DNA of 28,612 bases from Candidatus Omnitrophota bacterium (GCA_013203315.1 JABMQJ010000025.1:1-28612), one strand, 5' to 3'. Positions 18,003-27,138 are shown, numbered from the stretch's first letter. The notes: a model not told the origin generated them from the sequence alone. Translations and numbers: made by a program.

Positions 18003-18701
18003 GTGCTTTTCACCCTTAGTATCGCCTTTATAAGGGCGGGCGACATGTTCCTGGCCTTTATGGCGGAGAAGCTACATATTGATATTTCCTTTAAAAACCA
18101 TTCGGGCATCATATCCTGTTTCGTATTAAGATCAATTAAGCTTGATAGGCCCGTTTTTAAACTGAAAGATATTGACGCGGTAGTGGGCTGTCAGAGCGCA
18201 ATAATTAAGCCGAGTTTTAAAAATCTTTTTTCTAAAAACGCTATAATCTTAGAGTGCGAACTCCGTAACGCTGCAATTCTGAATTCACAAAAAGGCGTGG
18301 AACTAAATACTGAAGATCAAATTCCTTTTTTATCGGGCAGCGGCGATCTACCTCTTTTGATTGATGCGCTAAGTAATAACGTCTATAGTCTCATGCGCGC
18401 TACGCTTGTAGCGCACGATGACATGATTGAATTTCCGGCTTATGAGGCGCATAGCGAGGATGTAAAGATCTATGCTTCGGGCTGGGTTAAGGAATCCGAG
18501 GATATCAACATAAGCATAAAGGCGCTATTCTCTCCAGAAATAGCCAAGCGATTTCCGGAAGAATTATTGGCGCTCCTGACCGAAGAACCAGGCGGCTGGC
18601 TCAGTTATTCACTGCATTTCGAGGGCGGTAAGACGACGCCGTTTGTAAAATTTGAGAGTGATAGGTTCGCATTTGACTTTGAGGAAGTGGAGATAAAGTA
18701 A
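18003..18701 (+). CDS. Membrane-anchored hypothetical protein, AsmA/GspN-like beta-rich C-terminus
   Basis: N-terminal hydrophobic anchor; KIYASGWV...INISIKA...SLHFEG...P pattern; start uncertain. Confidence 0.55.
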   Translation: MLFTLSIAFIRAGDMFLAFMAEKLHIDISFKNHSGIISCFVLRSIKLDRPVFKLKDIDAVVGCQSAIIKPSFKNLFSKNAIILECELRNAAILNSQKGVELNTEDQIPFLSGSGDLPLLIDALSNNVYSLMRATLVAHDDMIEFPAYEAHSEDVKIYASGWVKESEDINISIKALFSPEIAKRFPEELLALLTEEPGGWLSYSLHFEGGKTTPFVKFESDRFAFDFEEVEIK

Positions 18702-18833
18702 TGTACCGTTTCAGATTTATATTTCACCCTGTCCCTGATTCTGAAATTAAAGGTGTCTTTCGGAAAACATCGGAAGGGACACCTTTACGTTCAGAATCAG
18801 GGACAGGGTGAACGGGAAATCTGAAACGGTACA
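18702..18833. repeat. 132-bp segmented palindrome (REP/MITE-like)
   Basis: Perfect paired blocks 18702-18718/18817-18833, 18723-18745/18790-18812 and 18748-18757/18778-18787. Confidence 0.92.
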
Positions 18834-18849
18834 AAAAAGCTAAAAAGTT

Positions 18850-21800
18850 ATGAAACTTAACGCTGAACAAAAAGAAGCGGTAGGCACGCTGGAAGGCCCT
18901 CTTCTCATAGTGGCAGGTCCGGGAACAGGAAAGACACAGCTTTTATCGGCGAGGGCAGCAAACATCATGAGCGAAAAACGCCTCCCGGGCGAGAACATGC
19001 TCATTTTAACCTACACTAATGCTGCTGCTAAGTCCGTAAAAGAAAGACTGGCAAAACTTGTCGGTTTTGAAGGCTACAAAATTTTTGCGGAAACCTTTCA
19101 CGGTTTTGCCAATTCGGTTATACTGGATTCTGAAGAGGCCGCCGGATACCTGCGTGAACGCGTCCAGATGACGGATCTCGAGAAAATAAAATGCTTGGAA
19201 TATATTGTCGATCACTTTACGGATTCCGTAAGCGATTTACGCCCTTTCGGTTATCCGTATTTATACATACGCGAAATCGCCCGGAAAATAAGTGACTTAA
19301 AAAACGAGGGTATAGCGCCTTCCCAGTTAGAAAAGGCACTTAAAGACGTGGAACCGGACGGGGTTTATGTAGAAAAAAAGCATATACCGCGACTAAAAGA
19401 GCTCTCGTTCATATATAGAAAATATGAAGAATTGAAAAAGGGTGAAGACAAAAATATTTTTGACGAAAGAGGGCGTTACGACTACGATGACATGATAATG
19501 ATCGCCGTTGAAATATTAGAAAAACAGCCTGAGCTTACTCATCTTTATCGCGAAAAATATAAATATATCATGGTCGATGAGTTTCAGGATACAAACGGCG
19601 CGCAGCTAAAACTTCTTTTCCTGCTTTCAGGCGAAGACAAACCGAATCTTTGCTGTGTCGGTGATGACGACCAATCCATATACAGGTTCCAGGGCGCAAG
19701 CATAGCGAATTTTAAGATATTGAAGGATAAGTTTCCGCAAATTAAGATTATCCGGCTTAAGAATAATTATAGATCTGCGAAAGAGATAATCGACCTTTCC
19801 TCGAAAATAATAAAGCACATACCCCAAAAAGAACGTCTGGATGAACCGAAAGAATTGCGGCCAAAGAAAGACTATAAAAATAAAAGCATAGAATTTAGGG
19901 CCTTCTCCACCGAGGACGAGGAAATCATGTATATCGCATCCGAGATAAAAAATATCGCCGAAACCATTAAAAAATCCGGCGATCTTACTCTTGAGGAGAG
20001 AAAAAAGGCATATAACCATATAGCGGTTCTCGTAAGAAAGAGGTCGTCCATCTTAAAACTCATTGATTACTTTTTAAAAATCGGCATCCCTTATTCCACC
20101 GACGGAAAAGAAGACATAAGCCGCCAGAAAAGGGTAAGGCAAATGATAGACGTATTAAAAATACCCGGGCTTATGACGTGTGACCTGGACGAGCGCGACA
20201 TTGCTATTTATAGGGTTCTTTCCGCCGATTTTCTGGAAATACCCCAGAGCGACATTTTGACTTTTGTAAATTTTGCGAATAAAAAAAAGAGGGGGTACGA
20301 GTCAAACCTTTTTGAAGAATTTCTAAAATCTTTTGAGGTAAGCGACCTGAATAAAAAACCGGATTCCTCCGCTACAGAAAAACTGCCACTGGTAAAGAAA
20401 CTTCGTTTGAAGCGAGCGCACAAGATGCACCTTGCTTCATGGGCAATTCAGAGGCTTTCGGTGGACGCGAATACCCGCCCGGTTCACGATCTCCTGATGG
20501 GATGGGTGGAAGACTCTAATCTATATAAATTTATTATAAAAGAATACGACAAAAAGCGCATCTTGCTAATAAGGGAACTCAGGAGTCTCACTTCCTTCAT
20601 AAATATGGTAAAGAACCTGACTCTTGCCAGGCCCGATCTTACGCTAAGCGAATTCCTGGATGAACTGGAAACAATGAAAACCCATAGAATGCCCGTAACA
20701 GGCCAGCTCGTAACTTCAACGCAAGACGGCGTCAGAATTATCACAGCACATGCCTCAAAGGGGCTGGAATTCCACGCATGCTTCATTCCGTTTTGCGTTC
20801 AGGATAAAAACTGGCCGCTTAAGCCTTTGCCCGAGAAGTTACCGCTTCCTCCGGGTGTAGTAAAAACAAAAGAAAGTGTAAAAAGTAAGCATGAGCTCTC
20901 GCAGCTTTCATTTTTCGATGAAACCAGGCTTTTCTACGTGGCTTCGAGCAGGGCTAAATCGAACCTTATTTTTACCGCCAGCCCCTCGGGAGATGCTGTA
21001 GCGAGTTCATTTTTTAACTCCCTGACCCATGGTCTTACGGAAAGCACAAAACCCGAAGAAGAAATATTAAAAGAGTTTTTCAAAAAAGAAAAAGCCCCTG
21101 ATCTTTTTAAGAACACTAACGCAGTCTTAAAAGACGTAGTTAATAATCTTACGCTTACGCCGACTAAGCTTAATAATTTCCTCCGGTGCAGGCGCAAATT
21201 TCTATATGCCAACCTCTTGCTTCTGCCGGGTAAAAAAAATCAGCACCTTGTATTCGGGAACTGCGCGCACAAAGCAGCGGAGGACACCTACAGGACTTAT
21301 AAAAATGAGAAAAAATTTCCCGATTTTTCATTTTTTAAAAAATCTTTTAAAAGAGAGCTTAAATTTCAGGGGGTAAATAAAACCATCGAAAACTGGTGCC
21401 TGGCAAAGCTCGAAGGATTACAAAGATGGTTCGACAAGGAAAGGCAAAACCCCGTAATCCCGATTAATCTGGAAAAAAAGAAGATAATTACGCTAAAAGG
21501 TGGTATAATTTTCTCCGGTAAATACGACAAGGTTGAATTTGAAAACGAGCAAAAAGGGCTTATACGCATAATCGATTACAAGACCGGCAAGCCGGACAAG
21601 CACATAAGACAGATCGAAAACGTAAATAACCTGGCGAGCGACGATTACGACGATTACCTGAGGCAGCTAGTCGCTTATAAAATGCTATATGAGAGGGATA
21701 CTTACGAAACTGCCGGCTACAAGGTAAGTCACGGGGTCCTGGCATTTTTAGAGCCCGCTAAAAGTACATCACGCAAATATGGTTTGACAAAAGGGGAATA

Positions 21801-21963
21801 CGTCGACAAAAAAATATCCGTCACTGAGAAAATGGTTGACGAGCTTGAAGGTGTAATACTTTCGGTTTGGAGGCAAATTAATAACCTGGAGTTCGATAAG
21901 CTTCCCGAACGGGAATACTCAAAATGCGGAAATTGCGCTTTTGACTCAATGTGCTGGGGGTAG
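18850..21963 (+). CDS. UvrD/PcrA-type SF1 helicase fused to a PD-(D/E)XK RecB-family nuclease
   Basis: AGPGTGKT, VDEFQD, GDDDQSIYRFQGA, NYRS, HASKGLEF, RLFYVA.SRAK; nuclease GKYDKV..IIDYKTG, QL..Y, 1+3 Cys. Confidence 0.92.
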   Translation: MKLNAEQKEAVGTLEGPLLIVAGPGTGKTQLLSARAANIMSEKRLPGENMLILTYTNAAAKSVKERLAKLVGFEGYKIFAETFHGFANSVILDSEEAAGYLRERVQMTDLEKIKCLEYIVDHFTDSVSDLRPFGYPYLYIREIARKISDLKNEGIAPSQLEKALKDVEPDGVYVEKKHIPRLKELSFIYRKYEELKKGEDKNIFDERGRYDYDDMIMIAVEILEKQPELTHLYREKYKYIMVDEFQDTNGAQLKLLFLLSGEDKPNLCCVGDDDQSIYRFQGASIANFKILKDKFPQIKIIRLKNNYRSAKEIIDLSSKIIKHIPQKERLDEPKELRPKKDYKNKSIEFRAFSTEDEEIMYIASEIKNIAETIKKSGDLTLEERKKAYNHIAVLVRKRSSILKLIDYFLKIGIPYSTDGKEDISRQKRVRQMIDVLKIPGLMTCDLDERDIAIYRVLSADFLEIPQSDILTFVNFANKKKRGYESNLFEEFLKSFEVSDLNKKPDSSATEKLPLVKKLRLKRAHKMHLASWAIQRLSVDANTRPVHDLLMGWVEDSNLYKFIIKEYDKKRILLIRELRSLTSFINMVKNLTLARPDLTLSEFLDELETMKTHRMPVTGQLVTSTQDGVRIITAHASKGLEFHACFIPFCVQDKNWPLKPLPEKLPLPPGVVKTKESVKSKHELSQLSFFDETRLFYVASSRAKSNLIFTASPSGDAVASSFFNSLTHGLTESTKPEEEILKEFFKKEKAPDLFKNTNAVLKDVVNNLTLTPTKLNNFLRCRRKFLYANLLLLPGKKNQHLVFGNCAHKAAEDTYRTYKNEKKFPDFSFFKKSFKRELKFQGVNKTIENWCLAKLEGLQRWFDKERQNPVIPINLEKKKIITLKGGIIFSGKYDKVEFENEQKGLIRIIDYKTGKPDKHIRQIENVNNLASDDYDDYLRQLVAYKMLYERDTYETAGYKVSHGVLAFLEPAKSTSRKYGLTKGEYVDKKISVTEKMVDELEGVILSVWRQINNLEFDKLPEREYSKCGNCAFDSMCWG

Positions 21964-21971
21964 AGGGGAAC

Positions 21972-22535
21972 ATGTCAAACGAATATCAAAAAGAGTTATT
22001 TGACGAGTTCAAGCAGGGAAAAGGCAAATTCGAGAAGATTGTAGATAAGATAAACGTAAAGAGGAAGAAACTCTATATACATGCGCCGCTTGAAAACGCT
22101 GTCTTTACGGTTATTATTGTCGTAATGTGTATTATAGTAGCATTTGCCCTGGGAGTGGAGCGGGGAAAAAGGTTTACCTCTTTAGAAACTAGAGAAGAGA
22201 GCGCGGTTTTCAAGGAAGCTGTGACAACCCCGCAAATAAAATTAAGCCCCATTGAAATAGGTAAGCCAGAAGCAAAGGAGCCTGTTACTGCGCCAAAAGC
22301 GGCAAGCGCGCCCGGCCTTTATACGATCCAACTCATCTCGTATAAGCAAGAAAGCATTGCCGAAGCAGAGAAAAATAAACTGTTGAATAAAAACGTAAAT
22401 GCCTATATAATACGATCTGGAAACTGGTATCAAGTATGCGCCGGCGGTTACGGCACCATGGAGAAGGCAAAGGCGGCGCTTCTCGAGCTCGAAAAAGAAT
22501 ATAAGGGAAGTTTTATCAGGAAGGGGGCAGATTAA
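21972..22535 (+). CDS. SPOR-domain membrane protein
   Basis: ATG 21972 after GAGGGG; TM helix + FALGVERGK; YTIQLISY...WYQV..G.Y...A...L. Confidence 0.85.
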   Translation: MSNEYQKELFDEFKQGKGKFEKIVDKINVKRKKLYIHAPLENAVFTVIIVVMCIIVAFALGVERGKRFTSLETREESAVFKEAVTTPQIKLSPIEIGKPEAKEPVTAPKAASAPGLYTIQLISYKQESIAEAEKNKLLNKNVNAYIIRSGNWYQVCAGGYGTMEKAKAALLELEKEYKGSFIRKGAD

Positions 22536-22536
22536 C

Positions 22537-22836
22537 ATGTCACAACATCCGAGTTTAAGATCAAAAGAAAAAGGCAAACAGCACAGGTCTGTCCTTAAGC
22601 GGTATGAAAGAGTAAAGAAGCTTAAGGAAAAGGAAAAGTGGAAAGAAGGCGATTCTGTATTCGGCTTGCTGAAGCTTAAGCTTTTGAAATTCAAAATTAA
22701 GAAAGAGAAAGCTGCACCGACAGAAGAGGGCGCGGAAGCTTCCGGCGTATCGGCAGCAACTGGAGCCGCGACACCGGAAACAAAGAAAACGGCTGCGAAA
22801 GAAGCTGCGCCAAAGAAAGAAGAGAAGAAAAAATGA
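22537..22836 (+). CDS. PVC superphylum small basic signature protein (TIGR04137-like)
   Basis: MSQHPSL...HRSVLKR.ER...L....W....SVFGL.K followed by a K/A/E-rich tail. Confidence 0.85.
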   Translation: MSQHPSLRSKEKGKQHRSVLKRYERVKKLKEKEKWKEGDSVFGLLKLKLLKFKIKKEKAAPTEEGAEASGVSAATGAATPETKKTAAKEAAPKKEEKKK

Positions 22837-23153
22837 TAAAATTTGACCAATTCAAGGCAATGGACATACGCATTGCGAAGATTTCGGCCGTCGAAGACCA
22901 TCCGAACGCCGACAAGCTATATCTGGTAACCGTTGAAACAGGCGATACAACCAAAAAGCTTGTAGCGGGAATTAAACAACATTACACCAAGGAAGAATTG
23001 ATCAACAAGCAGGTTGTTGTGATCAACAACCTGGAGCCTGCTACGATAAGAGGCGTCCAATCCGAGGGAATGATCCTTGCGACCAAAGACGGTGAGAAAC
23101 TCGCGATACTCATGCCCGAAAAGGAAGTAAAAATCGGTAGCCCGGTTTCATAA
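22833..23153 (+). CDS. Standalone tRNA-binding OB-fold protein (MetRS C-terminal/Trbp111/CsaA-like)
   Basis: F..MDIR, HPNADKLY, VAGI, NL.PA.IRGV.SEGMILA. Confidence 0.9.
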   Translation: MIKFDQFKAMDIRIAKISAVEDHPNADKLYLVTVETGDTTKKLVAGIKQHYTKEELINKQVVVINNLEPATIRGVQSEGMILATKDGEKLAILMPEKEVKIGSPVS

Positions 23154-23170
23154 AATTTTTATCCCGGGAA

Positions 23171-23199
23171 TTGTTTTTTACGATATGTTGTGCTATACT
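23171..23199 (+). promoter_or_regulatory. Putative sigma70 promoter
   Basis: TTGTTT-17 nt-TATACT with extended -10 TG; GGAGG RBS downstream. Confidence 0.6.
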
Positions 23200-23238
23200 A
23201 TCACATATAAACTCTAAATAGAGGGAGGGGGGTGAAAA

Positions 23239-23583
23239 ATGAAATACGCTTTAAGTCTAGTCATGATTATTTCTCTTTTAATAAGCGCTACATCTGCATT
23301 CGCAGAAGCTAAAGGACTTTTCCAGGAAATGAGCGACAACATCACACAGATTGGAAAACCGAGCGGAGCCGGAGCGGCAGGGGTATCCAAGGGTTCGGTA
23401 TTCCAGAAAGTAGCAGGAGACGTTGAAGGAATCGGAAAAAAAGGTTCCGTACCAGCGAAATACACTGTGCTACAAAAAGTAAAAGACAACATCGACACAT
23501 GGGATGACTCTCAGGACCAGGTAAAGACTCTTTCTTTGCGTGACAACAAAGCAGAGCTCGCAAAAAGAAGAGGACTGAAATAA
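23239..23583 (+). CDS. Small secreted protein with three internal repeats
   Basis: Signal peptide ending AFA; repeats LFQEMSDNI / VFQKVAGDV / VLQKVKDNI. Confidence 0.75.
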   Translation: MKYALSLVMIISLLISATSAFAEAKGLFQEMSDNITQIGKPSGAGAAGVSKGSVFQKVAGDVEGIGKKGSVPAKYTVLQKVKDNIDTWDDSQDQVKTLSLRDNKAELAKRRGLK

Positions 23584-23716
23584 ATAAAAATGGCCCGGCC
23601 CTTTAGCTTGAAAACCGAAAGCATAGGGTTTGGTTGTGTCTTCAAAAATGCCCCCCATCATTTTTAGGCGAATTAAGCTTTTAAAAGTGTATGGGGGGTT
23701 TAATTAAGTGTAAAAA

Positions 23717-24808
23717 ATGAAAGTTGTTAAAGTTAACCTTGGTAAACGAAGCTATAGAATCTATATCGGTAAAAACATCATCGGAAAGCTTTCCTCGCTG
23801 ATATCGCCTCCCACGCATGATACGCCCCTATTCGTAGTGACCAATAAGAAAATAAATGCCCTCCATGGCGCAAGGCTTAAAAAAGTCTTGAAGCTCATCA
23901 GTAAAAAAATATTATTTTACGAAATACCTGATTCAGAAAAAGCGAAATCATTTCCTGTATATATAAAAACGGTGCGGGCCCTCGCGCGTTTTTCCAGAAA
24001 AACAAAACCTTTCGTTTTTGCTTTCGGGGGAGGGGTAGTCGGCGACCTGGCAGGATTTGTCGCTAGCGCCTACAGGCGCGGCGTACCTTACATACAGGTA
24101 CCTACAACGCTTCTGGCGCAGGTGGATTCAGCTATTGGTGGGAAAGTAGCCATAGACATAAAAGAAGCAAAAAACATAGTAGGTGACTTCTATCAGCCCC
24201 GAATGGTTATAAGCGACGCGGGGTTTCTTTCGACGCTTCCGGAAAAAGAATTGCGTAATGGGCTTGTGGAAATAGTTAAATACGGAATTATAAAGGATAG
24301 GGCCCTATTTGCGTTCCTGGAAAAAAATACGCAAAAAATACTAAAACATAACCAGGACGCGCTGGAACATGTTGTTTCGAGGTCATCCGGCATAAAGGCC
24401 GCAGTCGTCGCAAAAGATGAACTTGACGTAACGGGCTTGCGTGCTACCTTGAATTTCGGACATACTGTAGGGCACGCAATGGAAGCGGCCGCGCGCTATT
24501 CCGGGTCAATCACGCATGGACAAGCAGTCGCAGCCGGGATGATCATAGCAAGCTTTATTGCCTTAGAGAAAAAAATGATTTCCTGCAAAGATTATAAGAG
24601 AATATGCACTCTTATTAAAAAAGTAACCGTTAAAATAAAGTTAAGAAAGATGCGCCCCGAGAATATCCTAAATGCTCTTTCGTACGATAAAAAATTTACT
24701 CATGGTTTTAATCGGTTTATTTTACCGAAAAAAATTGGCCGCGTGAAAATTGTAGATAGAATACCGGAGGCCCTGATAAAAGAAGCGATAGAGGGCGCTC
24801 CGATATAA
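23717..24808 (+). CDS. aroB: 3-dehydroquinate synthase
   Basis: GGGVVGDLAGF, PTTLLAQVDSAIGGK, KN..G.FYQP, LNFGHT.GHA, HGQAV, DKK. Confidence 0.96.
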   Translation: MKVVKVNLGKRSYRIYIGKNIIGKLSSLISPPTHDTPLFVVTNKKINALHGARLKKVLKLISKKILFYEIPDSEKAKSFPVYIKTVRALARFSRKTKPFVFAFGGGVVGDLAGFVASAYRRGVPYIQVPTTLLAQVDSAIGGKVAIDIKEAKNIVGDFYQPRMVISDAGFLSTLPEKELRNGLVEIVKYGIIKDRALFAFLEKNTQKILKHNQDALEHVVSRSSGIKAAVVAKDELDVTGLRATLNFGHTVGHAMEAAARYSGSITHGQAVAAGMIIASFIALEKKMISCKDYKRICTLIKKVTVKIKLRKMRPENILNALSYDKKFTHGFNRFILPKKIGRVKIVDRIPEALIKEAIEGAPI

Positions 24809-24830
24809 CGTATCGGGAAGGAGAAAAAAC

Positions 24831-25286
24831 ATGGAAGTGCGAATGTACAAACCGGAGGACAGTGTCGCCGTCAAGGACCTCATACTATCGATACTCGAAA
24901 AAGAGTACCCCTTTGACCGCTCCGCATATCAGGATAGCGACATAAACGACATATCCGGCACTTACTCAGGGCGGGATAGTGTCTTTTTTGTGATTGAAGA
25001 AAATGGCAAGGTGATAGGCACAATAGGCGTAAAGAAAGATGCACCGGAGAGCGCTTTAATGCGAAGATTTTTTGTAGATACAAACTATAGAAAAAAAGGC
25101 CTCGGGAGCATGCTTTTAGAAAAAGCAGTCGAGTTTTGCAAATCAAAAAAATATAAGGAAATAAGCTTCAGGGCTACCGACAGGATGGGCGAGGCAATGA
25201 AGCTCTGCAAGAAAAAAGGATTTGAGGAAAAGGACGACCTCGAGGTAAGCGGCTTCCACATCCACAGGTTTGTTCTTAAAATTTAA
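24831..25286 (+). CDS. GNAT N-acetyltransferase
   Basis: RRFFV...YRKKGLGS.LL acetyl-CoA motif A. Confidence 0.9.
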   Translation: MEVRMYKPEDSVAVKDLILSILEKEYPFDRSAYQDSDINDISGTYSGRDSVFFVIEENGKVIGTIGVKKDAPESALMRRFFVDTNYRKKGLGSMLLEKAVEFCKSKKYKEISFRATDRMGEAMKLCKKKGFEEKDDLEVSGFHIHRFVLKI

Positions 25287-25291
25287 AACGG

Positions 25292-25684
25292 ATGAAAACT
25301 CAGATACGCGTAAGATATCAGGAAACCGACAGGATGGGTGTCGTTTATTACGGAAATTATTTTACGTGGTTTGAAGTTGCGAGGACGGAATATTTTCGCG
25401 AGCTAGGGCTCCCCTATACCAGGTTGGAGAAAGAGGGGATAAGGCTTATGGTAGCAGACGCTAAGTGCACCTACAAATCTCCTGCCACTTACGATGACCT
25501 GCTCACTATAGAAACTCAAGTAGTAAATATAAAAAATACGAGTCTTTCGTTTTCGTATAAAATTTACCGTGATGAAAAGACGTTAATCTCTCTGGGGGAA
25601 AGCACTCACGTATTTACTGATGAAAGGGGTAGGCCTACCAGAATTCCCGCGAAGGTAAAAGAAGTACTTAACGTTTCAGCCTGA
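25292..25684 (+). CDS. YbgC/FadM-family acyl-CoA thioesterase
   Basis: RVRYQETD.MGVVYYGNY..WFE.AR. Confidence 0.92.
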   Translation: MKTQIRVRYQETDRMGVVYYGNYFTWFEVARTEYFRELGLPYTRLEKEGIRLMVADAKCTYKSPATYDDLLTIETQVVNIKNTSLSFSYKIYRDEKTLISLGESTHVFTDERGRPTRIPAKVKEVLNVSA

Positions 25685-26198
25685 TAATAAATTCCTGCCC
25701 GTTTGAAGCAACTTTAACAGAATTTTCCTCGATCTTCAATATTTTGAATCCGCTTACCGTATCGCCTTCGGCCCATACATTATCGTTTATGACCACAAGC
25801 GGCTTTCCTGGCGTGTACATTATTCCATTAAGCTGCAATCTTTCGGTAATATCCGCGGTTCCAATTCTACCGGGGGATTTGAGTGCGTTAATTTTATTTT
25901 CTTCTTTTTCGACAACCGTCTCTGACATGGATGGAGGGTCTTCGGTTTTTGATGCCATTTTTCCCGGCGCAGGGCTGTCGTAGATCCTTTCTTCCGTATT
26001 CGTTTTAATTATGCCCGGATTCAAAAAAGAAAATACTACAACACCCGAAAAAAGTAGAAGAACGCAAACCACGATAATACCATAAAGACGTGAGTTATGT
26101 TTTTTTGTTGTTTTTACGGGTTGTTTTACGGGCTGCGGGACTATCGTTTTTGCGGAGGTTTCCTGCGCTTTTTTAAGTGCTTCGGCGATAATACTCAT
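25668..26198 (-). CDS. GspB/ExeB-like membrane protein
   Basis: MSIIAEALKK, TM helix, L.LNGI.Y....VIND....GD...G..I..I...V; follows the ExeA-like gene. Confidence 0.75.
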   Translation of the reverse strand: MSIIAEALKKAQETSAKTIVPQPVKQPVKTTKKHNSRLYGIIVVCVLLLFSGVVVFSFLNPGIIKTNTEERIYDSPAPGKMASKTEDPPSMSETVVEKEENKINALKSPGRIGTADITERLQLNGIMYTPGKPLVVINDNVWAEGDTVSGFKILKIEENSVKVASNGQEFIIRLKR

Positions 26199-27019
26199 AC
26201 CCTTATCTCTACGGGCTTTCCTTCGATTTCGTAAATACTTTTTACTATGATATCTGCGCTTATTTCTTTTGTTTCCAAAACAAGTCCTGTAAGCAGGGCT
26301 TTATCACACACGATATTTATAATGCGGGGTATGCCGCCGGAATAAATAAAAATTTTATCAAGCGCCTCATCGGTGAAATTTATATCTCCGGGAGAGCCGG
26401 CAACGTTCAGGCGATGACCTATATATTTATCGATTTCATCTTTTCCCAGCGGATTTAAGTGATATCTCACGCCTATCCTTTGGCGTAACTGAACAAGCGA
26501 AGGGGAGCTAAGTTTGCGCCGAAGTTCGGGTTGCCCTACCAATACGATCTGAAAAAGCTTTTGCTTATCTGTTTCGAGATTGGAAAGAAGCCTGACTGCT
26601 TCGAGAGCCGGAAGCTTCAGGTTTTGCGCCTCGTCCAAAATAAGAACCACGTTGCAATTTTCTCTTAGTTCATCCAGCAGAAAACTGTTTAGCTGGCGCA
26701 GAAATGAAATTTTTGCTCTTCGCTCCGGGCGCAAGCCAAAGTCTTCAAGAATCGCTTCCAAAAGCTGTATCTCAGAAAGATTCGGGTTCAGGATAAAAGA
26801 GGTTTTTGTATGGCTGTCGAGTTGATTAAGGAGCGCTTTGCAGAGCGTTGTTTTTCCGGCTCCGACTTCACCGGTGATTTCCAGGAATCCCTTTCTCTCC
26901 TTTATGCCGTATAGAAGGTGGCTAAGCGCCTCCCGGTGTGAATTGCTTAAATATAGGAAGCTGGGATCGCTTGTTACGTTAAAGGGGTTCTCTTTCAAAC
27001 CGTAGAAATTTAAATACAT
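26195..27019 (-). CDS. ExeA/GspA-family AAA ATPase (short form)
   Basis: MYL.FYGL...PF, GEVGAGKT, DEAQNL, LVGQPEL, LRQRI, GIPR.IN. Confidence 0.9.
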   Translation of the reverse strand: MYLNFYGLKENPFNVTSDPSFLYLSNSHREALSHLLYGIKERKGFLEITGEVGAGKTTLCKALLNQLDSHTKTSFILNPNLSEIQLLEAILEDFGLRPERRAKISFLRQLNSFLLDELRENCNVVLILDEAQNLKLPALEAVRLLSNLETDKQKLFQIVLVGQPELRRKLSSPSLVQLRQRIGVRYHLNPLGKDEIDKYIGHRLNVAGSPGDINFTDEALDKIFIYSGGIPRIINIVCDKALLTGLVLETKEISADIIVKSIYEIEGKPVEIRV

Positions 27020-27025
27020 GCGTAT

Positions 27026-27054
27026 ATTATAGTAGTAAAATCCGTCCTTGTAAA
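27026..27054 (-). promoter_or_regulatory. Sigma70 promoter for the exeA-like gene (probably leaderless)
   Basis: Minus strand TTTACA-17 nt-TATAAT, with 6 nt between the -10 box and ATG 27019. Confidence 0.7.
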
Positions 27055-27067
27055 GGTAAAAAAGTTC

Positions 27068-27096
27068 TTGCTTTTCTTGACCCAGTTATATATACT
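27068..27096 (+). promoter_or_regulatory. Divergent sigma70 promoter for the PilZ gene
   Basis: TTGCTT-17 nt-TATACT. Confidence 0.6.
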
Positions 27097-27138
27097 TATC
27101 TACGTGATAGACACAAAAGTTAATAAAGAGAGGTAAAA

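Noticed and set aside
18702-18833. Possible CRISPR array or mini-array next to a Cas4-like nuclease domain
   Set aside because: Inverted rather than direct repeats, no spacers, no cas genes
22242-22901. 219-aa minus-strand ORF
   Set aside because: Antisense shadow of well-supported K/A/E-rich plus-strand genes
23584-23716. Possible riboswitch or ncRNA before aroB (CCCCCCAT/ATGGGGGG stem and a GAAA-containing hairpin)
   Set aside because: Only short imperfect stems; no match by eye to c-di-GMP or other aptamers. An Rfam scan would settle it.
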